Assembly: GCA_013239625.1 (NCBI GenBank)
Contig: MU054338.1
Location: 3,993,371 to 4,057,370 of the forward strand
From: Lama guanicoe
Lineage: Eukaryota
Reading direction: 5' to 3'
DNA length: 64,000 bases
The notes beneath the pieces are model-generated. The model did no database searches. It had not been told where the DNA came from and was given only the letters and a program-made list of their open reading frames with translations. This document shows positions 35,406-48,400 of this stretch, piece by piece (positions within the stretch are counted from its first letter, which is position 1; the number at the start of each line of letters is the position of its first letter). The position numbers and the translations under genes were made by a program.

Positions 35406-36129
35406 CCCTCCGTTTACTCCCAGGTAGTAGGTTCAACTTTTCCAGTCGGACAAACAAGGGACCCTCATAGAGTTTTTATGGGGGAGGGGTTGACAATAAA
35501 CAGAATAAAAAAGCAAACAGATAGTTATTTGGGAGAAGGGGCTGCAACACCAGGAGAGAAAGCATTGTCTGAGAGGAGGCAGGCAGAGCAATTTAAGGGA
35601 AGATTACATTTCAGCCTCATTCATTCAATGAGTAATCATATTCGTTAGCATCGACTAAATTATTCTTTTATGCCAGCAAGTGATGTAAGCATTTTTCATA
35701 TGCTAACTCAAGTTCAAGCTCACAGTCGCATCCTGAGAAAGGAACTGGGCATTGTATATACCCATTTTAGAGATTAGGAAACAGAGGCCCAGAAAGAGTA
35801 AGTGAATTTGTAATCAAACAGCTTCAAACTCCTGCAGTCTGGCACCAAATCCCACACCCTTGACTACTAGATGGGTGGTTTTCAAACATTTTTGACCACA
35901 ACGCACAACAGGAAATACATTTTACCCAGAGGCCCACACACACATATTTAACTAAAATAAAATATTCATGACATGGTACTTTAGGTGATTTTTTTTTCTA
36001 TCTTGCTTTGTTTTAACGAAAATGCTGATGGCGGCTCACTAGCTTTCTAACGGATCGCTTCCTGCAGATTTTCATGTGATGGAATCTTAAGCCTGGGACT
36101 GCGGGAATCTGCTTCTGTCCTCCAATTAT

Positions 36130-36920
36130 TAATTTAGTCAGAAATGTTTACCAAGTGCCTACTATTTGACAGGCCTTGTTCTGGGTGCGAGGGGCACAAT
36201 TCCCATGCTCACAGGAAAAGTGACACTGTAGTACCTGGGGGCCAGTAGGGGGGGCTTATTTTGGGCGGAACAGCCAGGGAGGGCCTCCCAAGTGTGGCCA
36301 ACCAGGATAGCCGATTATGGGGTTTCCCAGGACATGGGACTTTCAGCGCTAAATCCGGGAAATTCCCAGGCAAAGCCGGAAGAGCTGGTCACTCTAGGCC
36401 TCTCTGAGGGGGTGACATGGGCCAAGGTCAGAATAACAAGGAAGAAGAAGAGAACATTTCAGGAATTCAAAATCACTGGGATGGAAACTAGTGTGGAAAA
36501 TACAAAAAGCAGGTCCTTGGGTATGGGTGGAGCAGAGTGGACGGGGAGGGGTTGGGTGGGGGTGGTGAGTCAGAGGATGGAGGGGGTCATTTCATTTGAG
36601 GCCTCACAGGCCATGGGAAATGGTCTTCGTCAGATTGGGAAGCCATGGGAGGGTTTTTAACAGGGGCAGATGTATTCTGACTTGTGATTTGTGATTTGAA
36701 GAGCTCACTGTGTGGGGAACAGACTGTCAGAGACAAGAAAGACAGAGAAGCTGGGAGTCTGTTCCAGTTCTCCTGGACTGAAAAGTATGGTGGCCTGGAT
36801 CAGGGACCTGGCAGCAGAGGCAGAGATGAGTGGGTGGATCAGGAGTACATTCTGGAGAATATTCTGATGGACTAGATTTCAGGAGGTGAGGGGAAAAGTC
36901 AGAGTGGGACAGGAGGTGCC
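36130..36920 (-). mobile_element. L2 remnant (interrupted)
   Basis: ATGTTTACCAAGTGCCTACT…GGGAAGCCATGGGAGGGTTTTTAACAGG. Confidence 0.6.
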
Positions 36921-36934
36921 TTGGAGCCCTCAAT

Positions 36935-37345
36935 GGATAGATGGATAAGTAAAGCATGGGAAAGCCACATGGCAGAATTTTATTAGGCAAAAAAAAAAAA
37001 AATAGGAATGAAGTCCTGACATCACTAGGACATGGGTGAATCTTCAATACACGATGCTAAGTGAAAGATGTCAGTCAGAGAAGGTCACATATTGTGTGGT
37101 ACCATTTATGTGAAATGACCAGAAGAGGCAAATCAGGTACAGATCAGTGGTTGTAGGGGTTGGAAAAGGGGAAATGGGGAGTGACTACTCAGAGGTATGG
37201 AGTTTCTTTCGGAGGTGATGAAAATATTTTAAAACTGACTGTGGTGATAGTTGCATAACTCTGTATATATCCTAGAAACCACTGAATTACATGTTTTAAA
37301 ATGATGACTTTCACAGTATGTGAATAATAGCTCGATAAGGTTATT
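36935..37345 (+). mobile_element. L1M 3' fragment
   Basis: GGAATGAAGTCCTGAC…GGTGATGAAAAT…AAACCACTGAATTACA. Confidence 0.75.
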
Positions 37346-38764
37346 AAAAGACTCTGCCACCATATTAACTAGATTCCTTTTCATTTTTAAGTGTAACTTA
37401 CTGACGAAGTTTTGGAGTACTGTCACCCGAAGTCCATTTTACCACAAGCCAGCCCTGCGTGTTTTATCCTGTAATTTTGCCCAGGGCGGTGATTTTTAGG
37501 AACACGTGCATCACATTAGAGCAGAACTGACTGTACAAAATAAGTTATTTCAGTTCGAAGTTAGAAAGCAGGAGCTTTAACCTGGTCAGGTGACAGTCAT
37601 CCTTCACAAAAAGACAAGACAAGGTGGGGAGCCTGCCTGGTCAGTTTTTAAGAAAATCGAATAACCCTCAACCCTTGAGTTAAGGGCAACCTCCTTGGAA
37701 AGGCAGCAGCAGTCCGTGACATCACCACTCTCTCATCCAAGGGCCTGATTCTCACCCAGGTCTAACAGTCCTGCATGTCTCTCTTCCTGCTTAGCTGCTG
37801 GGAGAAGACTGAAGTCTTCGGAGAAAGAATACAGAGCTGCACCTGCCCCTGTCCACCTACGTGGAAAAGGCTCCTTGTTTGAAAGTTACTAAGAATTTCA
37901 AGATGTCAACAGCAGAGCAATAATAAATCAAGTGCAGGAGACTTTGAGAAGCTGTCCTCGGTGGGGGGGCTGCCACCTGCATTCCCCTTTACCGGGCCAG
38001 ACTCACTACACTGACCACCGCTTCCTCTCTCCCCAGTCCCTAGGAATCGTGGCACCATGTCCTGCTTATCCTCTGGGGAGGGAAGCCAGAACAGGCTTCA
38101 GGATGAGATCTAAGATGCCCCCACGCCGGCTCTCTGAGCACATCTCGTTCCCGAGAAACACACATCTCTTCCCAAACAAACCCACTGTTTGCAAGCCCGT
38201 CCAGATTTAGCAAGTTGCCTTGGCTCGGCTGCCGAAACAGCCGGCCAGCCTGCCTCTCGTCCTGCAGCATCTGGCAGGATGCAGATACCAGTCCAGCACG
38301 CCTCGCGGGAACGCCAGCATCACCCACTCCCTGCTCCCAGCGGGTTTCCTTGGAGCCAAGGCGTGCCCTTTGAGTCTCCTCCTTAGGATCAGAGGGAGGG
38401 GCAATCAGACCCCGCTGTGCACTCAACCCTCCACACCCCCTGGACATTCTCGGCCAAGACATCCTTTTAAAAAGTTCCCTTCTGATGGTACCCTCCTGTT
38501 CCTTCTTGGTAGGTGAACAGCCTTTTGAGTTGGGAAACCCTTTCTCAGTTATTTCCTCTGAAAACCTGCTCTCTGGACTGGGGCCCCCAGGGGATATTCC
38601 ATACCTTTGTGTCTTGGGGACCCGGCTGAAATGTCAGTTTACAGCCCTGTTTCATTTGCTTTTCTGTGGGCTGCCTCTCCCCCGTCCGTCCTCCGGTCTA
38701 AGTTCACTTCCATTAGGGCGAGGACCTCTTCTGTCTACTCTCCTGGACCCCGAACATCTAAAGC

Positions 38765-39390
38765 AGAGGTTTTAAGCCAAGAGTGACTCTGCCCCACAGA
38801 GGACATCTGGCAATGTCTGGGAACATTTTTGTAAGTCAACTAGTGGGGTGCGGCTGGCAGCTACTAGGTAGAAACCAAGGATGCTGCTCAACACCCCACC
38901 ATGCACAGGACGGTCGCCATCACTGAGAATTTATCTAGCGCCAAATACCAACAGTGCCTAGACTCAGAAACCCAGCATTAACATTCTGGGAAAGGACTCA
39001 GTCTGATCCCTGGTTCGCACCGTGCACCAGAATGAAGTTCCAATAGGCTAAACTACGTAAACTAGGGTGCCCCCCCCACCACTCAGTTTGCATATTTCAA
39101 CGCATGCAGCATCCTAGGGCTTCCGAAGGTCAGATGATTATGGAACACAGAGTCTCCTGGGGGTCCACGGAATCCTCTAGACCAGAGGGTCTCATCTGGG
39201 ATGATTCTGCCCTCCATGGGACACTGGGCGATGTCTGGAGACATTTTTGATGTCACAATAGGGGAGGGGAGCTACTGTCATCTGGCAGGTAGAAGTGGGG
39301 CAAGCTGCACCCTACAATGCCCAGGATGGCCCCACCACAGAGAAGGATCCGGCCCCAACGGCAGCAGTGCCGAGACGGAGAAAGCTGGGC
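38765..39390. mobile_element. Two MER20-like elements (about 38765-38975 and 39183-39390)
   Basis: GGACATCTGGCAATGTCTGGGAACATTTT and GGGACACTGGGCGATGTCTGGAGACATTTTTG. Similar copies at about 24745-24960 and 50685-50895. Confidence 0.7.
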
Positions 39391-39504
39391 CTAGAATCGG
39401 GCTTGGAACACAGCTGCTCCTCAGTAAATTACTGTTGATTAAATGGACAGTGGAACACCAAGCCTGCAGATGCAACCTCCTTGCCAAAACCTATCTTAAA
39501 TTTT

Positions 39505-39960
39505 TTTAACTGAGATAAAATATACATAAAATTTATCATTTAAACCACTTACCGGTGCACAGCTCAATGGCATTAAGCAGATTCACACTGTCTTGCAACC
39601 ATCCCCATCGTCCATCTCCAGGACTTTCTCCACTTCCCAAACTGAAACTCTGTCCCCATGAAACACTCACTACCTCCCCCCAGCCTCTGGCCCCACCGTC
39701 TACTTCCTGTCTCGATGAATTTGACTCCTCCAGGAGTGGAATCAGACAGTATTTGTCCTTTTGTGTCTGGCTTCCAGCATAACGCCCTCAAGTTTCATCC
39801 GTATTGTGTGTCAGAATTTACTTCTTTTTAAAGGCTGCATAATATTCCATGTGGATGGACCACATTTTGTTTATCCATTTGTCCATCAACACACAATTAG
39901 GCTGCTTCCACCTTGACTACTGTGAATCATGCTGCCATGAGTATGGTTGTACAAATAGTC
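39505..39960 (-). mobile_element. L1M (L1MB-like) 3' fragment
   Basis: Reverse complement of the element type at 26710-27150. Confidence 0.8.
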
Positions 39961-40704
39961 TCTCTTCAAGACCCTGCTTTCAATTCTTTTGTTGCCCCAA
40001 ATCTCTTAAGGCTAGATGGGCAAAAATGCTTCCGTCAGGAAAATGCAAATGAAAGGAATGCATATATGACGGGGTTTAAGACTCCAATTACAATCCAGGG
40101 AAGATATGGAAGGGATGCTCTGTGATTCATCCTTAGCTTTTCATTGCAGTCCCACGATTTCCCACTCAAACAGTGGTTCTATGTTATGGCAGGCCGGGAG
40201 GAAACGGGCGTGAATTTCCAGCAGGAAATCTCAGCTCAGGACTACCCTCTGTTCTGTCGCTCTCAGCTCCTCCGTACTCCTATTCTGGCCCAAATGACCC
40301 CTTATCACGAAGTGCTGGGTCCCTGCTGACATAGGACACCCAGGGCTCCTAAGTGGATGAAGGAAAAGCTGACATTTCCCCTAGTGGACTCTGCTTTCAG
40401 TCTCTTCCAGCAGGAAAGCTTTGCTTGCTTAAAGAAGCTACTCAAACCACACAGCAATCTCTGGAAGATGAACAGGGCACAGTTTGGAGTGGAAACGGCA
40501 CAGCCAGTGTCTGCGGTACAGGAAGTCACAGAACCAGAAAAGCTGGGTAGCAGTGGTGGGAAGGGGGCATACAGAAGGCAGCATCTCGACAGCTGGGTCC
40601 TCTTACCTACGGAACCGGGACAAGTGGCAACAAGGAGGAATCCCTTACAGGGAGGGGCCACTTGTCCTGGTTTCCCTAGAACTTCTGTGCTACTAAAACT
40701 GAAT

Positions 40705-41270
40705 TCCAAGAAGTTAAACAGAGTTACTGTACAACCCAGCAATTCTACTAGGTATAAATCCAAAGGAGATGGAAACATTCGTCCACATGAAAACTTGTCA
40801 ACGCACATTCATAGCAGCATTACTCATGTACAACAGCCTCACAGTGGAAAGGACTCACATGTCCGTCGACGGATGGAGAAACAAAATGTGGTATATTTAC
40901 AGGATGGACTATTATTCAGCCATAAAAAGGAATGAAGCAATGACACACACTACAACTCGGATGAACCTTGAAAACATTCTAGGAAGTGAAAGCCAGACTC
41001 CAAAGGCCACATATCGTGTGATTCCACGGATGTGAAACGTCTAGAATAGGCCAATCCACAGAGACAGAGAGTGGGTTTGTGGTTGCCAGGGGCCACGGAG
41101 GGAGGAGTTGAGGGACTGCTTAATGGGTCTAGGGGTCTGGGTTTCCTCTGAGGACAGTGAAAATGTTCTGGAATTAAATAGTGGGGTTGGTTGTACCACA
41201 CTTTTAATTAAAACCACTGATTTGTACACCTTAATATGATGAACTTCATGTTATGTGAATTATATCTGAA
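40705..41270 (+). mobile_element. L1M 3' fragment
   Basis: ACCCAGCAATTCTACTAGG…ATTCAGCCATAAAAAGGAATGAAG…TGTGAATTATATCTGAAT. Confidence 0.8.
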
Positions 41271-41609
41271 TAATAATAATAATAATAACACAGGATTAGG
41301 TATCTGGAGACCTGTGTTTGGAGTTAGACTGGTGAAAAGGAAGCAGTTTTGATCACAGGCAGGGGGTGCCACAGAGCACCTGGCCTCCCAGAACTGCAGT
41401 CTGAAACCATAGCACTGAATGATTCCAAAGATGGGTCTCTTCCACCTGGAAGAGTCCACAACTGAAAACATCACAAGTTAAAGTCGGGCATTGAGACAAA
41501 ATGAACAAAAAAACCTCGAAACATCCCCACCAATAAAAGACTGATTTTATAAAGCAGCATTCAGCAAAACAATGGAATATTATACAGCAGCGAAAAGAGA
41601 TGAAGCTAA

Positions 41610-41782
41610 GTTCCTACTATAGAGCATAGGGAACTATAGTCAATTTCTTGTAATAACATATAATGGAAAAGAATCCAAAAAGAAAAAAATACATGTATGT
41701 GTATGTATAACTGAATTCTTTGCTGTACACCTGAAACTAAAATTATAAATCAACTACACTTCAATAAAAAATAAAATTAAAA
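41610..41782 (+). mobile_element. Short L1 3' end with poly-A inserted into an older L1M remnant
   Basis: AGCATAGGGAACTATAGTCAA…CTTTGCTGTACACCTGAAACTAA…AATAAA plus A-tail. Flanked by AAAGAGATGAA / AAAGAGACGAA (probable TSD). Confidence 0.75.
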
Positions 41783-42071
41783 AAGAGACGAATTTATGTG
41801 TGCAGATGTAGGAGAATGGCTATAATCTACATATTAAACAACAAAAAAAGTAAGCACAGAACATTGAACACTGTCTACAGGGTTTTCCCATTTGTGTTTT
41901 TCAAAGAGGATATTTGTTTACAAAGGGGATAAAGTTACACATGTACTACCTTTTAAAGTAAATATGTAAATATTTATCCAGTAAGTGCTGGATCATTTGC
42001 CAATATTAACTCATTTCATCACCACAATAACTCATGTATTATTCGTCTCATTTTACATATGAGGGAGCTGG

Positions 42072-42885
42072 GTGTGTTAGTCATCTCATGCTGCATATCA
42101 AATTGTCCCCAAACTGAGCAGCTTAAAACAACAAACATTCATTATCTCAGATAGTTTCTGTGGGTCAGGAATCTCATTGTAGCTGCACTGGGTGGTTCTA
42201 GCTCAAGGTCACTCATGAAGTTGTGGGCAAACTGTTGGCTGGGGCTGCAGTCTCATCAAATGGCTGGACTGGGGAGATTCTCTCTCTCTCTCTTTTGTTC
42301 ATTCTTCCTTCTTTCCTTTCTTTTTTCTTTCTTTCCTTCCTTCCCTCCTCCTTTCCTTTTCTCTTTCTTTCTAAAGTTGTGTAAGAACAGTTAACACGAG
42401 ATATTCCCTCTTAACGAAATTTGAGTGTACAACAGAGTATTGCTAACTACAGGCACAACATTGTTCAGCAGAACTCGAGAACGTATTCATCTGGAAACAC
42501 CGAACCTTTATATCCATCCAACAGCAACTCCCCAAGGGAAGAACTCACCTCTGAGCTCACTCCCGTGGTTGTTGGCAAGCCTCAGCAACTCGTTGGCTAT
42601 TGGCTGGAGACTTCTGTTCTTCACCACTGGGGCTTTTCCATAAACTGCCTGCGTGTCCTTTTGATGTGGTGGTGGGGACACGGCAGCTGGCTTCCCCCAT
42701 GCACTCAAGATGGAAGCCAGTCTCTTTATAACTTAATCTCGGTGGTGACATCACATCAATTCTGATGCATTTGTTAGGAGCAAGTCAGTAAGTCCAGCCC
42801 GCACCTGGGGGAGAGAATTACATAAGGATGTGAACACAGGGAAGTGGACGCCACTGGGGAAGTATCGCAGAGGCTGCCCACCACC
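42072..42885 (-). mobile_element. MLT1-like LTR split by a TC-rich microsatellite and an L1 fragment
   Basis: GCAGCTTAAAACAACAAACATTCATTATCTCAG…GTGGGTCAGGAATC, resuming near 42540 (CAAGATGGAAGCCAG…GGAGCAAGTCAGTAAGTCCAGCCC). Confidence 0.65.
42278..42372. repeat. TC/TTTC/TTCC pyrimidine microsatellite
   Basis: About 95 bp near-pure polypyrimidine. Confidence 0.85.
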
Positions 42886-44885
42886 TCGCGGGGTACGGAA
42901 GGGGTCAGTGCCTTGCTCAAGCTCACAGAGCCAGCTAATGAACTGCGGAGCGGGGGTCTGAACCCAGGAGGTCTTGCCCGCACGCCCTTGTGCTTGACCT
43001 CTAAGCTCTACCACATCTCCTCCGTGCTCTTCGGCAGCGTGCTTGTATATACAGAGAATATTTCTGGGAAAACAATAAATACAGAGTAAGGACACGCCTG
43101 ACAGTAGGAGGCAGGCTGTAGATCTTTTCACACGGTGCAGGCTGCCTGCCTGTCTGCCTTTGTGTGTGTTTACCAAGTGCAACTATTACTTTTCCAATCA
43201 AGTTTTGGGAGGTCAGAAACCGCAGAGGCATAATAAAATGAAAGGATCTTTTTCTGCCAAAACATAAAAATCAAACCTCCCCAAAAGTTTAACCATATGT
43301 TTACAAGAAAAGAATTAGCCAGGTAAAAAACAACAACAAAACACAGGACCACTGAAGTCTAGGTGAGTCCAAGAATGTGGTAGCTTTCCAAATCTCCTGG
43401 ATAGGATTTACCCTCCGTGGTTGTTAAACCTTTTTTTTTCCCCTCCCAGATGGGCTGCTTCCTAATTGACTGTTTTTATTTAACTAATGACTGTCAATTA
43501 ACCGGTGCAGTTAGAACTTTAAAGGCCATTTAAGCATCGGTGGGTGGTTTCAAGAGGCGCTGATTTGGCGCAGACCTGAGTGTGAGCATCTGATCCTTTC
43601 ACGGGCAGCATAAAAGGACAACTTCCATAACGACAGGGTTTCTGAATAGTGGATCTTGTATGGAGAGCACCTGAGCGCCACCAGACCCTTACTTTTCTTC
43701 TGCCTTTCTCGCCATTCGTCACATTTCTCTGAGACACCAAATCATTTCCATAGCAAATGGCTGTGACCTCCAACAGCCTTCAGAGGGGCAGGCTGAATAC
43801 ACATCAGGCACATTAAAAAAAAAAGTCCCATGTTTTCAGCCAACTATATTAACCACTTCTAGGCAACTGAGAAGGAGGGAAGTAGAATGTTTGTGCCTAT
43901 ATTCCATACTGACTGCGAACGGAAGGAGGAAAGAGGAGAAAAGAGAAAAAAAAACAGAGAATTGGGGGGAAATGAACAGGGGAGAGGAATGAGAAGGAAA
44001 GAAGTTAAATAAAAAAACAAAACAGGAAGAGAAACACTTCAGCGACAGAAGCCGCCAAGAATTCTTACTGCCCACTTTACAGAAACGGACCTAGGAATGT
44101 CTGCTTCTTAGCTCATTACTGCAAACGCGCTAGCTGCAGCGGAACATGGGTTAGTTAACTAGGCAGGACCCGGGCAGGAAATTGAGTGACTTTTAGGAAA
44201 TTATACTAGGATTGGCCTAATATATTGGCAGGGCCCACTGATGAGGGAGGGGGCGGCACTTAGCAGCTCCTTCGCATCTTCTCGGACACTGGTTGTCCAC
44301 GTTACCTGGGGGCGGTACCACAGGTGAACTCAGTTCCACATTCAGCAAGAACGGGAGATCACACATCAGGAAAAGAACATAGAATTGCATAAACTACGTG
44401 AATGGGTACATGGAAGGAGACACTTACACGGGCGGACTAGCCCTTCCTCCGAGTTTTCAGATGGACGCCCCTGTGTGTGTTTGTTTTTTTCTCCCAGACC
44501 ATGGTCATTTCAGAATATCCACTTTTCGTTCTCTGGGCAGTCCTCCTTGAATCGGCAAAGCTGAGAGATACGACTTCCTTCCTGGGGCCATGAGTGAACG
44601 GATCCACGTTCAGGACTTCTGGGCTTTACACACACATGGAAGAAAACTCCTGAAGTTCTTCAAGTTATGGCGGATTGTGGTTTTTCACCTGGATTTTCAG
44701 TTGATGGAGTGATACCGTACAGGGGAAAGAGGTTGCTCTTTCAATCCCCATCAGGATGTACTTATTTTATGCTGTAATGAGGAGAGGTAATAGAGATGTT
44801 AATTAATGTAAAGATATGGACGAAAATCATCAAAGAGCAAGGCTGTAACAGGAAGTCAGAAGGTGATGTCTAAAACTGAGGTCCA

Positions 44886-45030
44886 GGGGGAGGGTACAGA
44901 TCAGAGGTAGAGCGCATGCTTAGCATGCACGAGGTCCTGGGTTCAATCTCCAGTACCTCCATTATAAATAAATAAACTTAATTACCCCACAAAAAAACCC
45001 CAAACAAGTTTTAAAAAAAATAAAGGGAAA
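44886..45030 (+). mobile_element. tRNA-Ala-derived SINE
   Basis: GGGGAGGGTACAGATCAGAGGTAGAGCGCATGCTTAGCATGCACGAGGTCCTGGGTTCAATC. Confidence 0.9.
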
Positions 45031-45619
45031 AAACCTGAGATTAATATCAGAGAAAATAGTGTTACCAGTGGTTGGCTCCTGGGGGAGGGGTATTTGTGGA
45101 ACTGGAAGAGGCACAGGTGGAACAGGGCGTTATCGTTTTGTTATAAACCTTTCTGATTTTTTTTAAACTTAAAAAAATTTTTTTATCGACATATAGTTGA
45201 TAAACAAGGTTGTTTTAGTTTCAGGTGTACAGCAAGGTGATTCAGTTACAAGTAACTGAGTCACTTTTCTGCTCTTTTTGATACTCAAACAACAAAACAA
45301 CGTGTATGAATGACCTTAATAAAAAAGTTCAAACATAAAGAAACAACAGACTGAAGTCAGGGAACTCCACACCGGCTGCTGGCTATAGGGAGGCCGCGCT
45401 GTGGTCCCTGCAGCCGGGCAGCACAGATGGCAGCCCCCACCAGGGGGAGCTGTGAGAAAACTTACGGTTCTTCTCCGGAAAAATAAAAATGAGAATCACT
45501 CTGGGGACTCTACCGTGGGAATCGCTGAACTACCCAACGCGTCTGAACTATTGCTTGTGTCAAATCTGGCCCTCTGCCTGAATTTGTGGGGTTTTTTTCT
45601 TTTTTGCTTTGCTATTTAA

Positions 45620-46545
45620 TTTAAACTATTTTTATTGTGATATGATCGACATTGTATCAGTTTCAGCTGGACAACATAAGGGTTCCATATTTGCATACAT
45701 TGCAAAATGATCCCCATAGTAAGTCTAGTTAACGACCATCACTTCACAGTTACAATTTTTTTCCCCTTGTGATGAGAACTTTTAAGATCTACTCTCTTAG
45801 CAACTTACAAATATGCAACACAGTATCCTTAACGACTGTCACCATGTTACACATGAATCCCTGGGACTTACTTACTTTATAACTGGAAGTTTGTACTGTT
45901 TGACCACCTTCACCCGCTTCCCCCATCCCCCACCTCTGACAACCATCAATCTGTTCTCTGTATCTGTGAGTTCAGTGTTTTGTTTTGTTTTGATTCTACA
46001 TATAAGTGAGATCATACAGGATTTGTCTTTCTGTCTGACTTCCCTACGCATAATGCTCTCAAGGTCCCTCCATGTTGTCTCGAATGACAGCATTTCCTTT
46101 TTTGTGACTGAATAGTATTCCATTCTACACATATACCTGTGTGTGTGTCTCACACTGTCTTCTTCCTGTCATCTGTCAACGGACACAGGTTGTTTCCATG
46201 TCTTGGCTGTTGTAAATAATGCTGCAGTGAACGTGGGGGTATGGAGATCTTGTCAATAAGTGATTTCATTTCCTTCATAAAGACCCAGAAGTGGAGTTTC
46301 TGGATCATCTGGTAGTTCTATTTTAAATTTTTTGAGAAACCTCCATACTGTTTTCCACAACAGCTGCACCAATTTACATTCCCATCAACAGTGCACAAGG
46401 GTTCCCCTTTCTCCACATCCCGAGGGAACATCTCACTGCAGTTTTGATTTGCGTGTCCCTGATGATTAGTGATGGTGAGCACCTTTTCTTGTACCTAATG
46501 GCCATTTGGATGTCTTCTTCAGAAAAATGCCCATTTAGGTCCTCT
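45620..46545 (-). mobile_element. L1 (L1MA-like) 3' fragment
   Basis: L1 3' end. The minus-strand ORF MEYYSVTKKEMLSFETTWRDLESIMRREVRQ resembles the L1 ORF2p C-terminus. Confidence 0.85.
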
Positions 46546-47099
46546 GACTTATTGTGAGCACCCGGGTTCTTTTACAGAGTTGCCCTCAGCTTCAGTTCAT
46601 TTTGCCCTTGGCCTTGGAGGAGGGGGAGTCTTCCGGGGTCAGCTGGGTTGGGGTAGCTGGATTTTGCCAAATCAGGGTTTCTCTTTCTGTAGCTGCTGCC
46701 TCTGTGCAATCGTGCTCTCTATTGTCAGACTTTTCTCGATGAAAATGTGCGCGGTGGCCTGGAATAAACTCTGTCCCTCTGCTTGGAGGAGGGGCTCCTC
46801 AACCAAGCGGACAGCATGGTCATTGCTGAGAGCCAAGGCTCCAGGAGAGTGACGGCAAGGGAGGCGCTGTGGGGGATGCAGAGTTCCTCTTGCTGTCTTA
46901 CCTGGGCCAGGTAAGACAAAGGTAAGACGAGGTCAACGGAGGGATGAGAGTGGGAGACAGTTACTGCTTTTGCTGCACCACAGGCTCATTGGGGAGAAGA
47001 GGCGGGGAACGGAGCTTGCAAAAGGCTTATCTAGGGAGCACGCTGGTGGAAGGGCAGGAAGCAGGACGGGGCTTCAGAGGGAGAGAGGAGTTCACCTGC

Positions 47100-48400
47100 C
47101 TCCAGGGAGGCTCTGCAGGTGGGACAGCCTCTCAGAGTTGCCCGAGTTGGGTGAGGGGCGGGGACGCCGTGCCCCGACGCCGCTGCGGGCCGCCCTGGGA
47201 AGGGGGCGTGACCCTAGACGAGGTGGTGCTATTCAAGGGAGGCTGACCCCAAGGGACCGACAGCAGAGGCCCGCTTCCGGCAGCACTTCCGGAAGCTGGA
47301 GGACATCCTTCATCTGGGTGAGCATTGCTGCATCCGCCTGGTCCTCCCCGAGCCCGCTTCAGATCCCAGCCTTCCACTGCAGAAGGGGGCGCCACCGCCT
47401 TCCCATCAAGGGCATGACCCCAACAGTGACCCCCATCACCTGTGTCCACATCCCATAGGTTGGGATTTAGCCAGATGGTCACACGTCGCAACAAGGGGCC
47501 CCGGGGAGCAGTCCTTAGGTGAGTGGCCCGGAGAAGCAGGGGCAGAACGGCTCGGGGCGGCTCTCCCGGCCGCCGCGGCCTCGGCGCTCTGCGGAGTGAA
47601 GGCTGCTCGGCCGCGGGAGCGAACCACCCAGGAGGCTCCAGAGACAGTGGGATGCTCCTTGTTCTCTTCTCTTGGGGGAGCAACTATCCGGTTAATGAAT
47701 GTGTACTGTGCACCTGCCGTGTGCCCTGCCGGGCACTGCTGTGGGCACTGGGGACGCAGCGATGAGCAAAACAGACCTAGAGGAACGGGCGGCAGACTGA
47801 GGACGCCCAGAGCAGGGCAGCGGGACCGAAAGTGGGGAGGGTGGGGCTGACACCCCCCTTCCCCAGTGGAAGGCTGGGATCTGAACCTCTCCCGACCTCC
47901 CGGCCTAGGTCAGCTCCCCCAGCAAAACCTCTCGACCAACACACGCTGGGTGTCTCTGCACACGTAAGCTGGCATTTGCTTGAAGGATTCTAGGTCCCCC
48001 CGCTGTCTCCCTGAAAGGACTTCATCTGGTTTTGCACATCTTCGTGTCCCCCACATCCAGCGTGATGCCCGACGTAAGGGCTGTAGTTCCATAAAGACTT
48101 CACAAACACGCGCAGGAGTGCAAGGCACGAACGAACGGACAGGTGGAAAGAGAACAGCTGTCCTCCCGCCCCGGAAGCAGTTTCCTCCGGGACTTGGGGC
48201 GGGCTGGGAGGCGGAGGCAGCGACAGACAGTGACGTCACAAGAGGCGGCTGGGAGGAAGGTTCCGGAAGGCTGAACGGGGTGGAAGGGCTGTTGGGAAGG
48301 GAAACTGCCCACCCTCCTGCCTCTGTCGCCACCGCCATCCTGGCTGGAGTCAGACAGCAGGGGCTGGGGAGGGCAGCACATGTTCAGGCTTCCAGGAGGA
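47100..48400. promoter_or_regulatory. CpG-rich block with candidate promoter (CRE, ETS, GC box) upstream of ACSBG2
   Basis: Elevated CpG. Perfect CRE TGACGTCA at 48231-48238, CCGGAAG at 48171-48177, GGGGCGGG at about 48196-48203, and palindromic CTTCCGGAAG at 47286-47295. Confidence 0.55.

Noticed and set aside
40357..40935. 192-aa ORF
   Set aside because: The 3' part runs into an L1M fragment, the 5' part has no recognisable homology, and there is no convincing exon structure.
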